Shown in pieces: positions 29,735 to 39,500 of a stretch of 64,000 bases of DNA. The notes under the pieces were generated by a model that saw only the letters and a list, made by a program, of their open reading frames with translations, was not told the DNA's origin and ran no database searches. The stretch lies in contig JAFTPE010000014.1 of the NCBI GenBank assembly GCA_017463425.1, positions 29,325 through 93,324 on the forward strand, read 5' to 3'. How positions within the stretch are numbered: the stretch's first letter is position 1; every line of letters starts with the position of its first letter. Origin of the DNA: Clostridia bacterium (GTDB lineage: Bacteria; Bacillota; Clostridia; Christensenellales; Borkfalkiaceae). The position numbers and the translations under genes were made by a program.

Positions 29735-30175
29735 TTAGCGTATTCTACCTAATAAATAGTCAACTGAGATTTCCATATATTCAGAAAGTTTAACAAGATT
29801 TTCCACAGAGGGGAAACTTTGGTTAAATAACCACTTATATACACTTGAACCGCTAATGTTTAGGTCGTGTTCTATTCTGTATTGTGTTGTTTTGGTTTCT
29901 TCCATTACTTCCCGAAACCTTTTTCCGAAAGAGGATACGGGTAAAAAAGTGGTTTCTGGAGTATAGTCTATCAATCCAAGGATTATGTCTGCGGAAACGT
30001 TAAAATATTCGATTATATTGATAAAAACTTGAAATGAGGGTAAACGTTTTCCTTGCAAATAACGCGTTATATTAGAACGGTCGGTCTTTATTATTTTTGC
30101 CAATGCAGGGGCGTTTAAGTTTTGTTCAGACATAAAAGAGGACAGATTTTCTACAAATTTCGACAAAACAACCAT
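29735..30175 (-). CDS. XRE-family transcriptional regulator with two tandem HTH_3 domains
   Basis: 146 aa. Two HTH_XRE units, each ending in the family's (S/A)xDYLLG-like motif (NVSADIILG; ISVDYLLGR). GGAGG lies 10 nt upstream of the ATG. AT-rich islet. Confidence 0.85.
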   Translation of the reverse strand: MVVLSKFVENLSSFMSEQNLNAPALAKIIKTDRSNITRYLQGKRLPSFQVFINIIEYFNVSADIILGLIDYTPETTFLPVSSFGKRFREVMEETKTTQYRIEHDLNISGSSVYKWLFNQSFPSVENLVKLSEYMEISVDYLLGRIR

Positions 30176-30201
30176 AAAAAAATATCCTCCTATAAAATAT
30201 T

Positions 30202-30254
30202 ATCATCATTTTCGCCATCAAATAGTTGATTGGTGGCAAAAATGATGATATAAT
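30202..30254 (+). promoter_or_regulatory. 20-bp imperfect inverted repeat (operator candidate) enclosing the promoter of the 65-aa ORF
   Basis: Arms ATCATCATTTTCGCCATCAA (30202-30221) and TTGGTGGCAAAAATGATGAT (30230-30249) match at 18/20. TTGATT (30226-30231), 17 nt spacer, TATAAT (30249-30254) lie inside the repeat. Confidence 0.6.
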
Positions 30255-30316
30255 ATAATTACACTAATTCAAGCGCGCGAAAAAGTGAATTACAAATAGG
30301 AGATAATATTTTTATT

Positions 30317-30514
30317 ATGAAGAACACAAGACGAATAGAAATGGAACTTAATCAAGAATTTGCCTATATGGTGAAAGGAAAAGAATTATTTCAGGAAATA
30401 GCGACGGTTATAAAAGATAATTTTGTCGCTGTCTATCAAACAGAAGGTAATATATTAACGATGCGTATTCCAAACGGGCAACAATTTATAATTACGGTTT
30501 CAAAAATACGATAA
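30317..30514 (+). CDS. Hypothetical 65-aa protein, divergent from the tandem-HTH regulator
   Basis: ORF downstream of a near-consensus promoter embedded in a 20-bp inverted repeat. No recognisable motif. The start is uncertain (ATG 30317 or 30341). Confidence 0.45.
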   Translation: MKNTRRIEMELNQEFAYMVKGKELFQEIATVIKDNFVAVYQTEGNILTMRIPNGQQFIITVSKIR

Positions 30515-30540
30515 AAAAACGTTATCGCAGGTCGCTATTA

Positions 30541-30720
30541 GGAAACGTCAAGAAAATATTTTCTTGACGTTTCCGCCCGTTTGTCATACCGACCGAGCGA
30601 CAGCGAGTGGAGCGTATCTTTTCGATATTGCCGCAAGAGATACGCTCGACTACATTCATTTGCGTTGATTTCGCTCGTATGACCCAATGAAGTAGGGAAC
30701 GGGCTTGACCGTTCCGCAAA
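30541..30720. repeat. Composite hairpin repeat, copy 2 (most complete)
   Basis: 34-nt perfect palindrome GGAAACGTCAAGAAAATATTTTCTTGACGTTTCC (30541-30574). Then a long imperfect palindrome TGTCATACCGACCGAGCG..GAGCGTATC // GATACGCTC..CGCTCGTATGAC, and finally GTAGGGAACGGGCTTGACCGTTCCGC. Confidence 0.75.
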
Positions 30721-30723
30721 ACA

Positions 30724-30763
30724 TAAAAAATACCTGCCCCTTAATAAAAACCAAGGGGCAGGT
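30724..30763 (-). terminator. Terminator after mnmG, built from an inverted pair of the GGGGCAGGT motif
   Basis: ACCTGCCCCTT (30732-30742) / AAGGGGCAGGT (30753-30763) 11-bp stem. A T-run follows on the minus strand (plus-strand AAAAAA at 30725-30730). Confidence 0.7.
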
Positions 30764-30784
30764 ATGCGTTTAATTTAATTTTTC

Positions 30785-32665
30785 TCAATTATTACGGGTG
30801 GCGAGCCACACCATTAACACGGACACGTCGGCAGGGTTTACCCCTGAAATTCGTCCTGCTTGTCCCAAATTGAAAGGTCGCACGCGGTTCAATTTTTCTT
30901 GGGCTTCCAATCGCAAACCTTTGATTTCGCTGTAATCCACGTCGGGAGGTAACAACTTGTCTTCCAAACGTTTCGCGCGTTCAATCAATTCTAAACCTTG
31001 TTTCAAATATCCCTCGTATTTGACGGTGATTTCCGCGGTTTCCAAAATATCCTTTTTATATTCGGAAAATACGCCGTATTGGGTCATAATGTCTTTCAAG
31101 GGAATCGAACGTTTTATCATATCCGCGTAGGACACGCTGCCGCTTGGCGCGGCGTAACCGTATATTTCTAAAAACGGCGCGGCGTCTTTTTGTGGAACTT
31201 TTGTCTGCAATGCGCTCAATAATTCTTCATATTTTGCTTTTCTTTGCAGATATTTTTCATACCGCTCCTTTGTAACCAACCCAACTTCTAATCCTTTTTC
31301 AGTCAATCGGAAATCAGCGTTGTCCTGTCTAAGACAAATGCGGTGTTCTGCGCGCGAAGTCATCATACGGTACGGCTCGTCCGTGCCTTTGGTTACGAGG
31401 TCGTCAATCAATACCCCGATATACGCCTCGTCGCGACGGAGCGTAAAGGGAGGGAGGCCGCGCAGTTTCAACGACGCGTTCAAACCTGCCATCAAGCCTT
31501 GCGCCGCCGCTTCTTCATAGCCCGAAGTACCGTTGATTTGTCCTGCGGTGTATACGCCCTCTACCTTTTTAAATTCGAGAGTGGGCAATACGTCGAGGGT
31601 GTCGATACAATCGTATTCGATAGCGTACCCATATCGAACGATATCAGCGTTTTCAAGTCCTGCAACGGACGCATACATTTGCCGTTGCACGTCGTGAGGC
31701 ATAGAGGTAGACATACCCTGTACGTACATTTCAAGGGTGTCTGCGCCTTCGGGTTCGATAAAAATCTGGTGTCGTTCTTTGTCTTTAAAGCGCACGACTT
31801 TGGTTTCAATCGACGGGCAATACCGAGGGCCTGTGGATAAAATCGTGCCGTCGTAAAGAGGGGAACGGTCAAGATTTTGCATGATAATTTGGTGTGTAGT
31901 CAGGTTTGTGTAGGTCAAATAACACGGCAATTTGTTTTCGGGCGGAGTATCGTGCATAAATGAAAATGGATAAATATCCGTGTCGCCGTTTTGAATTTCG
32001 CATTTGGAATAATCAATCGTCCGTCCGTCGATACGCGCAGGCGTACCCGTTTTAAATCGCCTTACGTTAAAGCCCAATTTAACGAGGCTTTCCGTCAAAT
32101 GATTTGCAGGCGCAAACCCGTTCGGACCAGATTTTGCGATTACGTGTCCCGTAATTGTTTCCCCGTTGAGATATACGCCCGTGCAAAGCACGACGGCTTT
32201 ACAAGTAATTATCCCGCCGTAGGTTGTTTTCACGCCCGCGCATTTCCCGTTTTCCACGAGAATTTCCGAGGCTTCCGCCTGGATAATTCGTAGATTTTTC
32301 GTATTTTCCAGCACCCGTTTCATTTCACGGTGATACGCATTTTTGTCCGATTGCGCGCGGAGCGATTGAACCGCCGCGCCTTTGCCGACGTTCAACATAC
32401 GGATTTGTAACGCCGTTTTATCCGCTACAATCCCCATTTCACCGCCAAGCGCGTCGATTTCGCGGACGAGATGCCCTTTGGCTGTACCGCCGATAGAGGG
32501 GTTGCAGGGTAAAAACGCAATACTGTCAAGATTCAAGGTCAACAGGGCGGTATTGATGCCCGTGCGCGCCAAAGCAAGGGCTGCCTCACAACCTGCGTGC
32601 CCTGCTCCGACGACCACCGCTTCTGCGGCATATTCTAAAAATTCGGGTATAGTCTTTTTTGTCAT
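30785..32665 (-). CDS. mnmG: tRNA uridine 5-carboxymethylaminomethyl modification enzyme MnmG (GidA)
   Basis: 626 aa. FAD motif VVGAGHAGCEAALA and conserved GTxPSxxG / GQINGTSGYEEAAAQG motifs. Confidence 0.97.
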   Translation of the reverse strand: MTKKTIPEFLEYAAEAVVVGAGHAGCEAALALARTGINTALLTLNLDSIAFLPCNPSIGGTAKGHLVREIDALGGEMGIVADKTALQIRMLNVGKGAAVQSLRAQSDKNAYHREMKRVLENTKNLRIIQAEASEILVENGKCAGVKTTYGGIITCKAVVLCTGVYLNGETITGHVIAKSGPNGFAPANHLTESLVKLGFNVRRFKTGTPARIDGRTIDYSKCEIQNGDTDIYPFSFMHDTPPENKLPCYLTYTNLTTHQIIMQNLDRSPLYDGTILSTGPRYCPSIETKVVRFKDKERHQIFIEPEGADTLEMYVQGMSTSMPHDVQRQMYASVAGLENADIVRYGYAIEYDCIDTLDVLPTLEFKKVEGVYTAGQINGTSGYEEAAAQGLMAGLNASLKLRGLPPFTLRRDEAYIGVLIDDLVTKGTDEPYRMMTSRAEHRICLRQDNADFRLTEKGLEVGLVTKERYEKYLQRKAKYEELLSALQTKVPQKDAAPFLEIYGYAAPSGSVSYADMIKRSIPLKDIMTQYGVFSEYKKDILETAEITVKYEGYLKQGLELIERAKRLEDKLLPPDVDYSEIKGLRLEAQEKLNRVRPFNLGQAGRISGVNPADVSVLMVWLATRNN

Positions 32666-32675
32666 ACGTTTTCGT

Positions 32676-34013
32676 TTACTTCTTCAAGACGATATTTTTA
32701 ATATCGTCGATTTCTTTGGAAATTTTATCGTTGAGTTTCGCCAATTTCGCCATTTTATCCCGCGCGTACATAATCGTCGTGTGATCGCGTCCGCCAAGGA
32801 CTTCTTTGCCGATAAAATCGAGGGGCAACGACAGCATTTCGCATAATAAATAGGCGCAAATTTGCCGCGCTTTCACAATGTCTGCTTTTTTGCCCTTGCC
32901 GACAAGGTCTTCGCGCGTTTGTTTGAAATATCCGCATACCGCGTTTACGATTTTGTCGGGCGTAACTTCCTCGTCGTCGTTTACTTCGTTGACCGATTCG
33001 CTAAGCGCCAATTTCGCCAAATCCAAAGTGATAGGTTCTTCGTGCAGTTTGCTTGCAAAAATGACTTTGGTCAAGCGTCCCTCTAAGGTACGTACGTCGT
33101 GGCCCGAATCCTTTGCTAAAAATTCGAGAACGTCGTCCGAAATCGGGCATTTTCTATCAATCGCCTTGCGGCGTAAGATTGCCAATTTGGTTTCGGGGTC
33201 GGGCGGTTGCACGTCTACGATCATTCCGCCCTCAAAACGGGTGCGCAAACGTTCTTCCAGCGTCGCAATTTCTTTTGGCGGACGGTCAGAAGTCAACACG
33301 ATTTGTTTGTTTTGCGCGAACAGTTCGTTAAAGGTATGGAAAAATTCTTCCTGCAACTGCGTTCTTGCTTTTAAGAATTGAATATCGTCAATCATCAAAA
33401 CATCTACGTTCCGATAATGGAAACGGAATTTTGCACCGTTCTTTTGAGTAATCGAATCAATGAAATCGTTTAAAAAATTCTCGCTGGTGGTATACAAAAC
33501 CCGTTTTTCGGGATAATTTTGCGAAATATAATTGGCAATTGCGTGCATAAGGTGCGTTTTGCCCAAACCCGATTCCCCGTAGATAAACAGGGGATTAAAC
33601 GTTTCGCCGGGGTTTTCCGCCACCGCTTTCGCCGCTGCGTAAACAAATTTGCTGCCTGCACCTGCGACGAACGACTCGAACGTGAAATTTTTATTGATGG
33701 GCGAGGACTGAAAACTCTCCGACGCGTCCTCCTCGTAATCGAGAGGATACAAATCGCTGCCGTCCACCGCAATACGGAAATCGTTTACGCCTACGTCGCA
33801 TTTGACGATGGCGTTGCGAAGTTCGTCGGCGTGGTGGCGCATTACGGCGTTTGCATAGATATCCGTCGGCGCGCGCAAAATGATTTTACGCCCGACGATA
33901 TCAATGGGTTCTAAATCCTTGATAAAGGAATTAAACGACACGGGCGCGATAAGATTTTGCGCTCGTTCGCTGATTTGTTTCCATACGAATTGCAGTTGTG
34001 AATGTTCTGCCAT
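32676..34013 (-). CDS. dnaA: Chromosomal replication initiator protein DnaA
   Basis: Start placed at ATG 34013 (MAEHSQLQFVW..). AAA+ Walker A GESGLGKTHL, box VII, and the domain IV DNA-binding signature (GGRDHTTIMYA). Ends 10 nt before the mnmG start. Confidence 0.93.
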   Translation of the reverse strand: MAEHSQLQFVWKQISERAQNLIAPVSFNSFIKDLEPIDIVGRKIILRAPTDIYANAVMRHHADELRNAIVKCDVGVNDFRIAVDGSDLYPLDYEEDASESFQSSPINKNFTFESFVAGAGSKFVYAAAKAVAENPGETFNPLFIYGESGLGKTHLMHAIANYISQNYPEKRVLYTTSENFLNDFIDSITQKNGAKFRFHYRNVDVLMIDDIQFLKARTQLQEEFFHTFNELFAQNKQIVLTSDRPPKEIATLEERLRTRFEGGMIVDVQPPDPETKLAILRRKAIDRKCPISDDVLEFLAKDSGHDVRTLEGRLTKVIFASKLHEEPITLDLAKLALSESVNEVNDDEEVTPDKIVNAVCGYFKQTREDLVGKGKKADIVKARQICAYLLCEMLSLPLDFIGKEVLGGRDHTTIMYARDKMAKLAKLNDKISKEIDDIKNIVLKK

Positions 34014-34148
34014 AATTTTTTTTACCCCTCGTAAAAATTTCTTTCGTTTATCTATCACGTAAATCTTGTGTTTTTGAAAATTATTTGATATAATTATAAT
34101 ACAAAACGCGCGGAAAAGAAAGCGATTTTGGCGGTTTTTTTAAGGATT

Positions 34149-35243
34149 ATGCAAATAAAAAATTTATTCCTTCAAAATTTCAGAAATTACGAGTGCGAAC
34201 GTTTCGATTTTTCCGACGGACTCAACGTCCTGTTCGGCAAAAATGCGCAGGGAAAAACCAACTGCGCCGAAGCGGTGTTTTATCTTTGTACGGGCGCGTC
34301 GTTGCGGATTCGCCACGATAAACAGCTCATTCGTATAGGCGCGGAATCGGCGAAAATCGTCGCGGAGGCGGAAAACCGTTATGGTAGGGTTACCATAGCG
34401 GCGGATATCTATGAAAACAAACGCGAAATCCGCGTCAACGGCAATAAAATAGCCAAAAACGCCGATTTAATGGGGCATATCAACAGCGTGTTCTTTTCCC
34501 CAGGCGAATTGCGTCTTATCCAAGACGGACCAGACGAACGTCGCCGTTTTATGAATATTTCCATTTCTCAAACCTCGTCTGCGTATTATACCGCGCTGCT
34601 TCGGTATAATAAAATCCTCGACCAACGCAATACGTTGTTGAAAAATCATGACGTTTCCTTGATTTTGGATACGTTGCCCGTTTGGGATGAACAACTTTGT
34701 AAATACGCCGCGGTAATCATCAAAAAACGAGTGGAATTTTTGGACAAACTCGCGCCGTATGCAAAGGAATATCACGCATTGTTGACGGATGGGGCAGAAG
34801 AATTGGTTGTTCGCCCTGATAAAAAATACGAGGGGGAAGAATCGGATATCGCCGCTACCCTTTTGAAAAAACTTGAGAACAATTACGAAAAAGATTTACG
34901 GCTTGGGTTTACGACGTTTGGTCCACATAGGGACGATTTAGACGTGTTGATTTCGGGCGTGGACGCAAAAGCCTATGCCTCGCAAGGTCAAACCCGTACT
35001 GCGGCGCTTGCGTTGAAATTGTCGGAAGTGCAAATTTTTAAAATGCTTTCGGGGGAATATCCCGTTTTGATTTTGGACGACGTTATGAGCGAGTTGGACT
35101 TGCCCCGAAGAAAAAAATTATTAAAATGTATTTCGAATATACAAACCATACTTACCTGCACGCACGCCGAACGTGTTTTATACGGTGCAGAATGTAATAA
35201 AATCCGCATTGAAAACGGACGGATAAAACCCGAAAAGATATAA
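34149..35243 (+). CDS. recF: DNA replication and repair protein RecF
   Basis: MQIKNLFLQNFRNYE.. then GKNAQGKTN Walker A, signature-like SQGQTRT, Walker B ILDDVMSELD. ATG 34149 is preferred over the TTG at 34128. Confidence 0.9.
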   Translation: MQIKNLFLQNFRNYECERFDFSDGLNVLFGKNAQGKTNCAEAVFYLCTGASLRIRHDKQLIRIGAESAKIVAEAENRYGRVTIAADIYENKREIRVNGNKIAKNADLMGHINSVFFSPGELRLIQDGPDERRRFMNISISQTSSAYYTALLRYNKILDQRNTLLKNHDVSLILDTLPVWDEQLCKYAAVIIKKRVEFLDKLAPYAKEYHALLTDGAEELVVRPDKKYEGEESDIAATLLKKLENNYEKDLRLGFTTFGPHRDDLDVLISGVDAKAYASQGQTRTAALALKLSEVQIFKMLSGEYPVLILDDVMSELDLPRRKKLLKCISNIQTILTCTHAERVLYGAECNKIRIENGRIKPEKI

Positions 35244-35346
35244 AAGTATAAAAACCTCTCTTTTGCGTATACTCAAAAAGAGCCACCCAGGTATGCGTTC
35301 ATTGGCTTTTTTGATAAAAAATACATAAAAGACGAGGGGAACGAAT

Positions 35347-36171
35347 ATGACGCGTAAAAAAAGATACGAAAAAACGGCTGCGCTCCTGCTTGCAGGCGTT
35401 TTTTTTCTTATTTTTTCCGTATTTTTGAATATTTTTTCAAAAAACGCGGCCGTTTATACGGCGGCGGACGTTTCCATTCCGTCTAATTTGGAAAAAATAT
35501 CCGCTTATACCACTTATTACAATGAAAAAGATACGGGCAGGTGTGAGAATATTGCGATTGCAGCGTCTTTAATCGACGGCATCACCGTACAGCCGTACGG
35601 AGAATTTTCGTTCAATCAAACGGTGGGCAGGCGTACGGAGGAGGCAGGGTTTAAACAGGCGAAAATTATCGTAAACGGCGAATACGTCGTCGGGGTTGGC
35701 GGTGGCGTTTGTCAAGTCAGCACTACGCTGTATAACGCCGCCTTAAAAGCAGGGCTGTACGTCGGGGAATATCATCCTCATTCCTTGCGGGTTTCCTACG
35801 TTTCGCCGTCGCGTGATGCAATGGTGTCTACGCACAGCGATTTGTGCTTTACAAACACCCGTCCTCATCCTGTTTTTATCTCCGCGCAGGTATTTCAAGG
35901 CGGTATTAAAATTTGTTTTTTTGGCAAAAACGACGGGGACAGGTATGAGATTACCAGCAATATCTTGGCGGAAATCCCTGCCCCTGCGCCGATTATAAAA
36001 GAGGGGGACAAGGAGGAGATTTTACGTTCTCCTCAAAACGGAATAAAGAGCGAGATGTACCTTGAACGCTACCGTGGCGAACGTCTGTTGTCCAGAAAAC
36101 GTATACGCCAAGACGAGTATCGCCCCGTGCAAGGGATAATTGTCAAAAAAATCGTCAATCCGACAAATTAA
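35347..36171 (+). CDS. VanW-family protein
   Basis: N-terminal TM anchor, then the VanW core (GEFSFNQTVGRRTEEAGF...GGGVCQVSTTLYNAALKAGL). Confidence 0.85.
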   Translation: MTRKKRYEKTAALLLAGVFFLIFSVFLNIFSKNAAVYTAADVSIPSNLEKISAYTTYYNEKDTGRCENIAIAASLIDGITVQPYGEFSFNQTVGRRTEEAGFKQAKIIVNGEYVVGVGGGVCQVSTTLYNAALKAGLYVGEYHPHSLRVSYVSPSRDAMVSTHSDLCFTNTRPHPVFISAQVFQGGIKICFFGKNDGDRYEITSNILAEIPAPAPIIKEGDKEEILRSPQNGIKSEMYLERYRGERLLSRKRIRQDEYRPVQGIIVKKIVNPTN

Positions 36172-36216
36172 ATACGTATGAACGCCCTTTCAACGCTTGT
36201 GTTTTTTCAAAAAAAA

Positions 36217-36225
36217 TGCTATAAT
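36217..36225 (+). promoter_or_regulatory. Extended -10 promoter element upstream of asnS
   Basis: TGcTATAAT. The ~80-nt leader has the hairpin AGGGAAAA..TTTTCCCT. Confidence 0.4.
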
Positions 36226-36310
36226 AAGGAAGTTATAGAAAAAGTATCAAGAAAGGGAAAATCCTCGCAAATCAAACGCTTTGTTTTTCCCTTGCAAAGG
36301 CAGGATAAAA

Positions 36311-37702
36311 ATGGAAAGAATTCAGCTTAAAACACTCAATGAAAACCTTTCTGCGTACGGCGGAAAGAGCGTAACGGTTGCCGGTTGGGCTCGTACGATT
36401 CGCGATTCCAAAGCGTTCGGGTTTATCGAACTCAACGACGGGAGCTGTTTTAAAAATACGCAAATCGTTTTTGAACGCGCGAACCTTGAAAATTACGACG
36501 AAATCGCAAAAGAAAACGTCGGTTGCGCGCTCGTGATTACGGGTGTGGTAGAATTGACCCCCGAGAACAAACAACCCTATGAAATCAAGGCGACGGAAAT
36601 TGCGGTAGAGGGCGAATCTACTCCCGATTATCCCTTGCAGAAAAAACGCCACAGCGTAGAATTTTTGCGTGAAATTGCCTATCTTCGTCCTCGTACCAAC
36701 CTTTTTGGCGCGGCGTTCCGTATCCGCAGTGAAGCGGAGATTGCCGTGCATAAATTTTTCAACGACCGCGGATTCGTTTACGTGCATACGCCGATTATCA
36801 CGGGCAGCGATTGCGAGGGCGCAGGCGCAATGTTTCAGGTAACCACGTTGGATTTAGACGAAGTGGCAAAAGGTAAAAAAGTTGATTACAAACAAGACTT
36901 TTTCGGCAAACGCGCCGCGCTGACGGTTTCAGGACAGTTGAATGCTGAAACGTACGCAATGGCGTTTGGCAACGTATATACGTTTGGTCCTACGTTCCGC
37001 GCGGAACATTCCAATACGGCACGCCCCGCAGCGGAATTTTGGATGATCGAGCCGGAAATGGCGTTCTGCGATTTGGCAGGCGATATGGACGTAGCGGAGG
37101 CTATGGTAAAATACGTTATCGATTACGTATGCGAAACGTGCAAAGACGAGTTGGCGTTTTTAAACCAATTTGTGGATAAGGGCTTGTTAGAACGTTTGAA
37201 AAACGTATCCGAAAACGCGTTCGTTCGTTTGACGTATACCGAGGCGATTGAAATTTTGAAACAAAACGCCGATAAATTTGACGATAAAAACATTTTTTGG
37301 GGCAAGGATTTGCAGAGCGAACACGAACGTTTCCTCACCGAACAAGTGTATAAAAAACCTGTATTCCTCACCGATTATCCCAAGGAAATTAAGGCGTTCT
37401 ATATGAAACAGAATCCCGACGGGAAAACGGTGGCGGCGGCAGATTTGCTCGTTCCTGGTATTGGGGAACTTGTTGGCGGTTCGCAAAGAGAAGAAAATTA
37501 TCAAAAATTATATGACCGCATTAAGGAACTTGGCATGAACCCCGAAGATTATTCGTGGTATCTTGATTTGCGGAAATACGGCGGTACGACGCACAGCGGT
37601 TTTGGGCTTGGGTTTGAACGTATGGTGATGTATTTGACGGGGATTGCCAATATTCGCGACGTTCTTCCTTATCCTCGTACGTTTGGCGATTTGGAATATT
37701 AA
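36311..37702 (+). CDS. asnS: Asparagine--tRNA ligase
   Basis: ATG 36311 (MERIQLK..). Class IIb OB-fold N-domain and motifs 1-3 (FRAE, GxGxGxER: [10 protein letters not shown]). Length and the [21 protein letters not shown] segment are typical of AsnRS. Confidence 0.9.
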   Translation: MERIQLKTLNENLSAYGGKSVTVAGWARTIRDSKAFGFIELNDGSCFKNTQIVFERANLENYDEIAKENVGCALVITGVVELTPENKQPYEIKATEIAVEGESTPDYPLQKKRHSVEFLREIAYLRPRTNLFGAAFRIRSEAEIAVHKFFNDRGFVYVHTPIITGSDCEGAGAMFQVTTLDLDEVAKGKKVDYKQDFFGKRAALTVSGQLNAETYAMAFGNVYTFGPTFRAEHSNTARPAAEFWMIEPEMAFCDLAGDMDVAEAMVKYVIDYVCETCKDELAFLNQFVDKGLLERLKNVSENAFVRLTYTEAIEILKQNADKFDDKNIFWGKDLQSEHERFLTEQVYKKPVFLTDYPKEIKAFYMKQNPDGKTVAAADLLVPGIGELVGGSQREENYQKLYDRIKELGMNPEDYSWYLDLRKYGGTTHSGFGLGFERMVMYLTGIANIRDVLPYPRTFGDLEY

Positions 37703-37719
37703 GATAGGGGTAGACATCT

Positions 37720-38772
37720 ATGACGAGAATCGTAGTAGACGCAATGGGCGGCGATTTTGCGCCCAAACAACAGGTGCTTGGCGCTGTGGAGGCGTTGAAC
37801 AATGATAAGGATTTGTATCTGATTCTTTGCGGCGACGAAACGAAGATAAAGGCAGAACTTTCCTTTTGCAAGTACGACGAAAGCCGTATTGAAATCGTAC
37901 ATACGACGGAAGTAATCGGTATGGAAGAAGTGCCTACCAAAGCGGTTAAAACGAAAAAGGATTCGTCTACGGTTGTGGCGTTCCGTATGCTCAAAGAAGA
38001 CAAAGCGGACGGTTTGGTATCGTCCGGTTCTACGGGCGCGGTGTTGACGGCAGGCGTATTGGTTTTGGGTAGATTAAAGGGTGTTTCACGTCCTGCTCTT
38101 TGCCCGATTATTCCCAATTATAGCGGCGGCGGTACTTTCCTTTGCGATTGCGGCGCAAATTTGGAATGTAAGCCCGTCAATATGGCGCATTTCGCCATTA
38201 TGGCAACGGCGTACGCGCAGACGGTGTACGGGATAAAGCAACCGCGGGTTGGGCTTTTGAACAACGGCACGGAAGACCATAAAGGTTTGCTTTTGCAACA
38301 GGAAAGCAACGAATTGTTAAAGACGATTGATTTTATCAATTACGTCGGCAACCGCGAAGGTAGAGATATTATGTACGGCGACGTAGACGTTATGGTGGCG
38401 GACGGTTTTTCGGGTAATATCGCAATGAAATCGGCAGAAGGCTGCGGAAAAGCGGTTTCTTCGATTATGACGAGGGAATTTAAACGCAATGTGTTTACAA
38501 AACTCCGCGCGGCGCTTTGCATGGATATCATCAAAAATATCAAAAAGGGCTTGGATTACGAGGGCGTTGGAGGCGCAATGTTCTTGGGATTGAAAAAAGC
38601 CGTTGTCAAAGGACACGGCAATTCCAAAGCGCGCGGTTTTGCCGTGTGTATCAAACAAGCGGCTGACGCAGCGCGCGGCGACCTTGTCGGAAAAATCAAA
38701 ACTATGATTGACAGCGTGGATATCCAAAGTATCGGCGCGCAAACTACGACGGAAACAAGCGGAGCGGAATAA
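37720..38772 (+). CDS. plsX: Phosphate acyltransferase PlsX
   Basis: MTRIVVDAMGGDFAP N-terminus and overall PlsX pattern; 350 aa. Confidence 0.93.
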   Translation: MTRIVVDAMGGDFAPKQQVLGAVEALNNDKDLYLILCGDETKIKAELSFCKYDESRIEIVHTTEVIGMEEVPTKAVKTKKDSSTVVAFRMLKEDKADGLVSSGSTGAVLTAGVLVLGRLKGVSRPALCPIIPNYSGGGTFLCDCGANLECKPVNMAHFAIMATAYAQTVYGIKQPRVGLLNNGTEDHKGLLLQQESNELLKTIDFINYVGNREGRDIMYGDVDVMVADGFSGNIAMKSAEGCGKAVSSIMTREFKRNVFTKLRAALCMDIIKNIKKGLDYEGVGGAMFLGLKKAVVKGHGNSKARGFAVCIKQAADAARGDLVGKIKTMIDSVDIQSIGAQTTTETSGAE

Positions 38773-39464
38773 TGGAATTTCCCTACGACGAATTAGAGGC
38801 AAAGATAGGCTATCGTTTTAAGGACAGAGATTTGTTGAAAGAGGCGTTTATACATTCGTCTTATGCAAACAGATACGGCTGTAAAGACAACGAACGTTTA
38901 GAATATTTAGGCGACAGCGTTTTGCAACTGATTGTAACGGAATGGCAATACAAAACGCGAGAAAAAGCCTCCGAGGGAGAACTGACCAAAGAACGACAAA
39001 AACTCGTTTGCGAAGACGCGCTTTTCGACGCCGTACAGGAATTGGGATTGGATTATTATCTTCTCAAATTCGGTAGCAGAGCCAATATCGGAAAAAAGAC
39101 AATTTCCAGTCTGTTTGAAACGGTGGTGGCGGCAATCTATTTGGACGGCGGTTACGAGGTAGCGAAAGAATTTATTTTAAATCACGGCTTGGTTTACGAA
39201 ATTGCGGAAACGCGTAACCCTAAGAGTGCGTTACAGGAGTTTTTACAAAGCCGTGGTGAGAAACTTCCCGTTTACACGGTGCAAAAGATGGGTAAGGACA
39301 ACGCTCCTACGTTTAAGGCAAAGGCACAGGCAATGGGCTTGACGGCAGTCGGCAAAGGCAAAAGCAAACGCGCGGCGGAACAAGCGGCTGCGTCCGATTT
39401 ATACGACAAACTCACCGATAGAGCGCGCGCGGAAAAACGGGCGAGAGAAACAAAGAAAAAATAA
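38772..39464 (+). CDS. rnc: Ribonuclease III
   Basis: RNase III signature NERLEYLGDSVL plus a C-terminal dsRBD (PKSALQEFLQ...GKGKSKRAAEQAAA). The start overlaps the plsX stop (TAATG). Confidence 0.95.
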   Translation: MEFPYDELEAKIGYRFKDRDLLKEAFIHSSYANRYGCKDNERLEYLGDSVLQLIVTEWQYKTREKASEGELTKERQKLVCEDALFDAVQELGLDYYLLKFGSRANIGKKTISSLFETVVAAIYLDGGYEVAKEFILNHGLVYEIAETRNPKSALQEFLQSRGEKLPVYTVQKMGKDNAPTFKAKAQAMGLTAVGKGKSKRAAEQAAASDLYDKLTDRARAEKRARETKKK

Positions 39465-39500
39465 AGCAGATATAGATAGACATATCGTAAGGAGTACATT

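Noticed and set aside
34014-34148. Possible oriC/DnaA-box cluster in the dnaA-recF spacer
   Set aside because: The spacer is AT-rich, but I found no TTATCCACA-like boxes within 1 mismatch. Isolated near-matches elsewhere (26197 TGTGGATAT, 29803 TTTTCCACA) do not cluster. An origin cannot be supported by eye.
36172-36310. T-box riboswitch upstream of asnS
   Set aside because: The leader is only ~80 nt and has a single hairpin. That is too short for a T-box, and no specifier loop or T-box sequence was seen.
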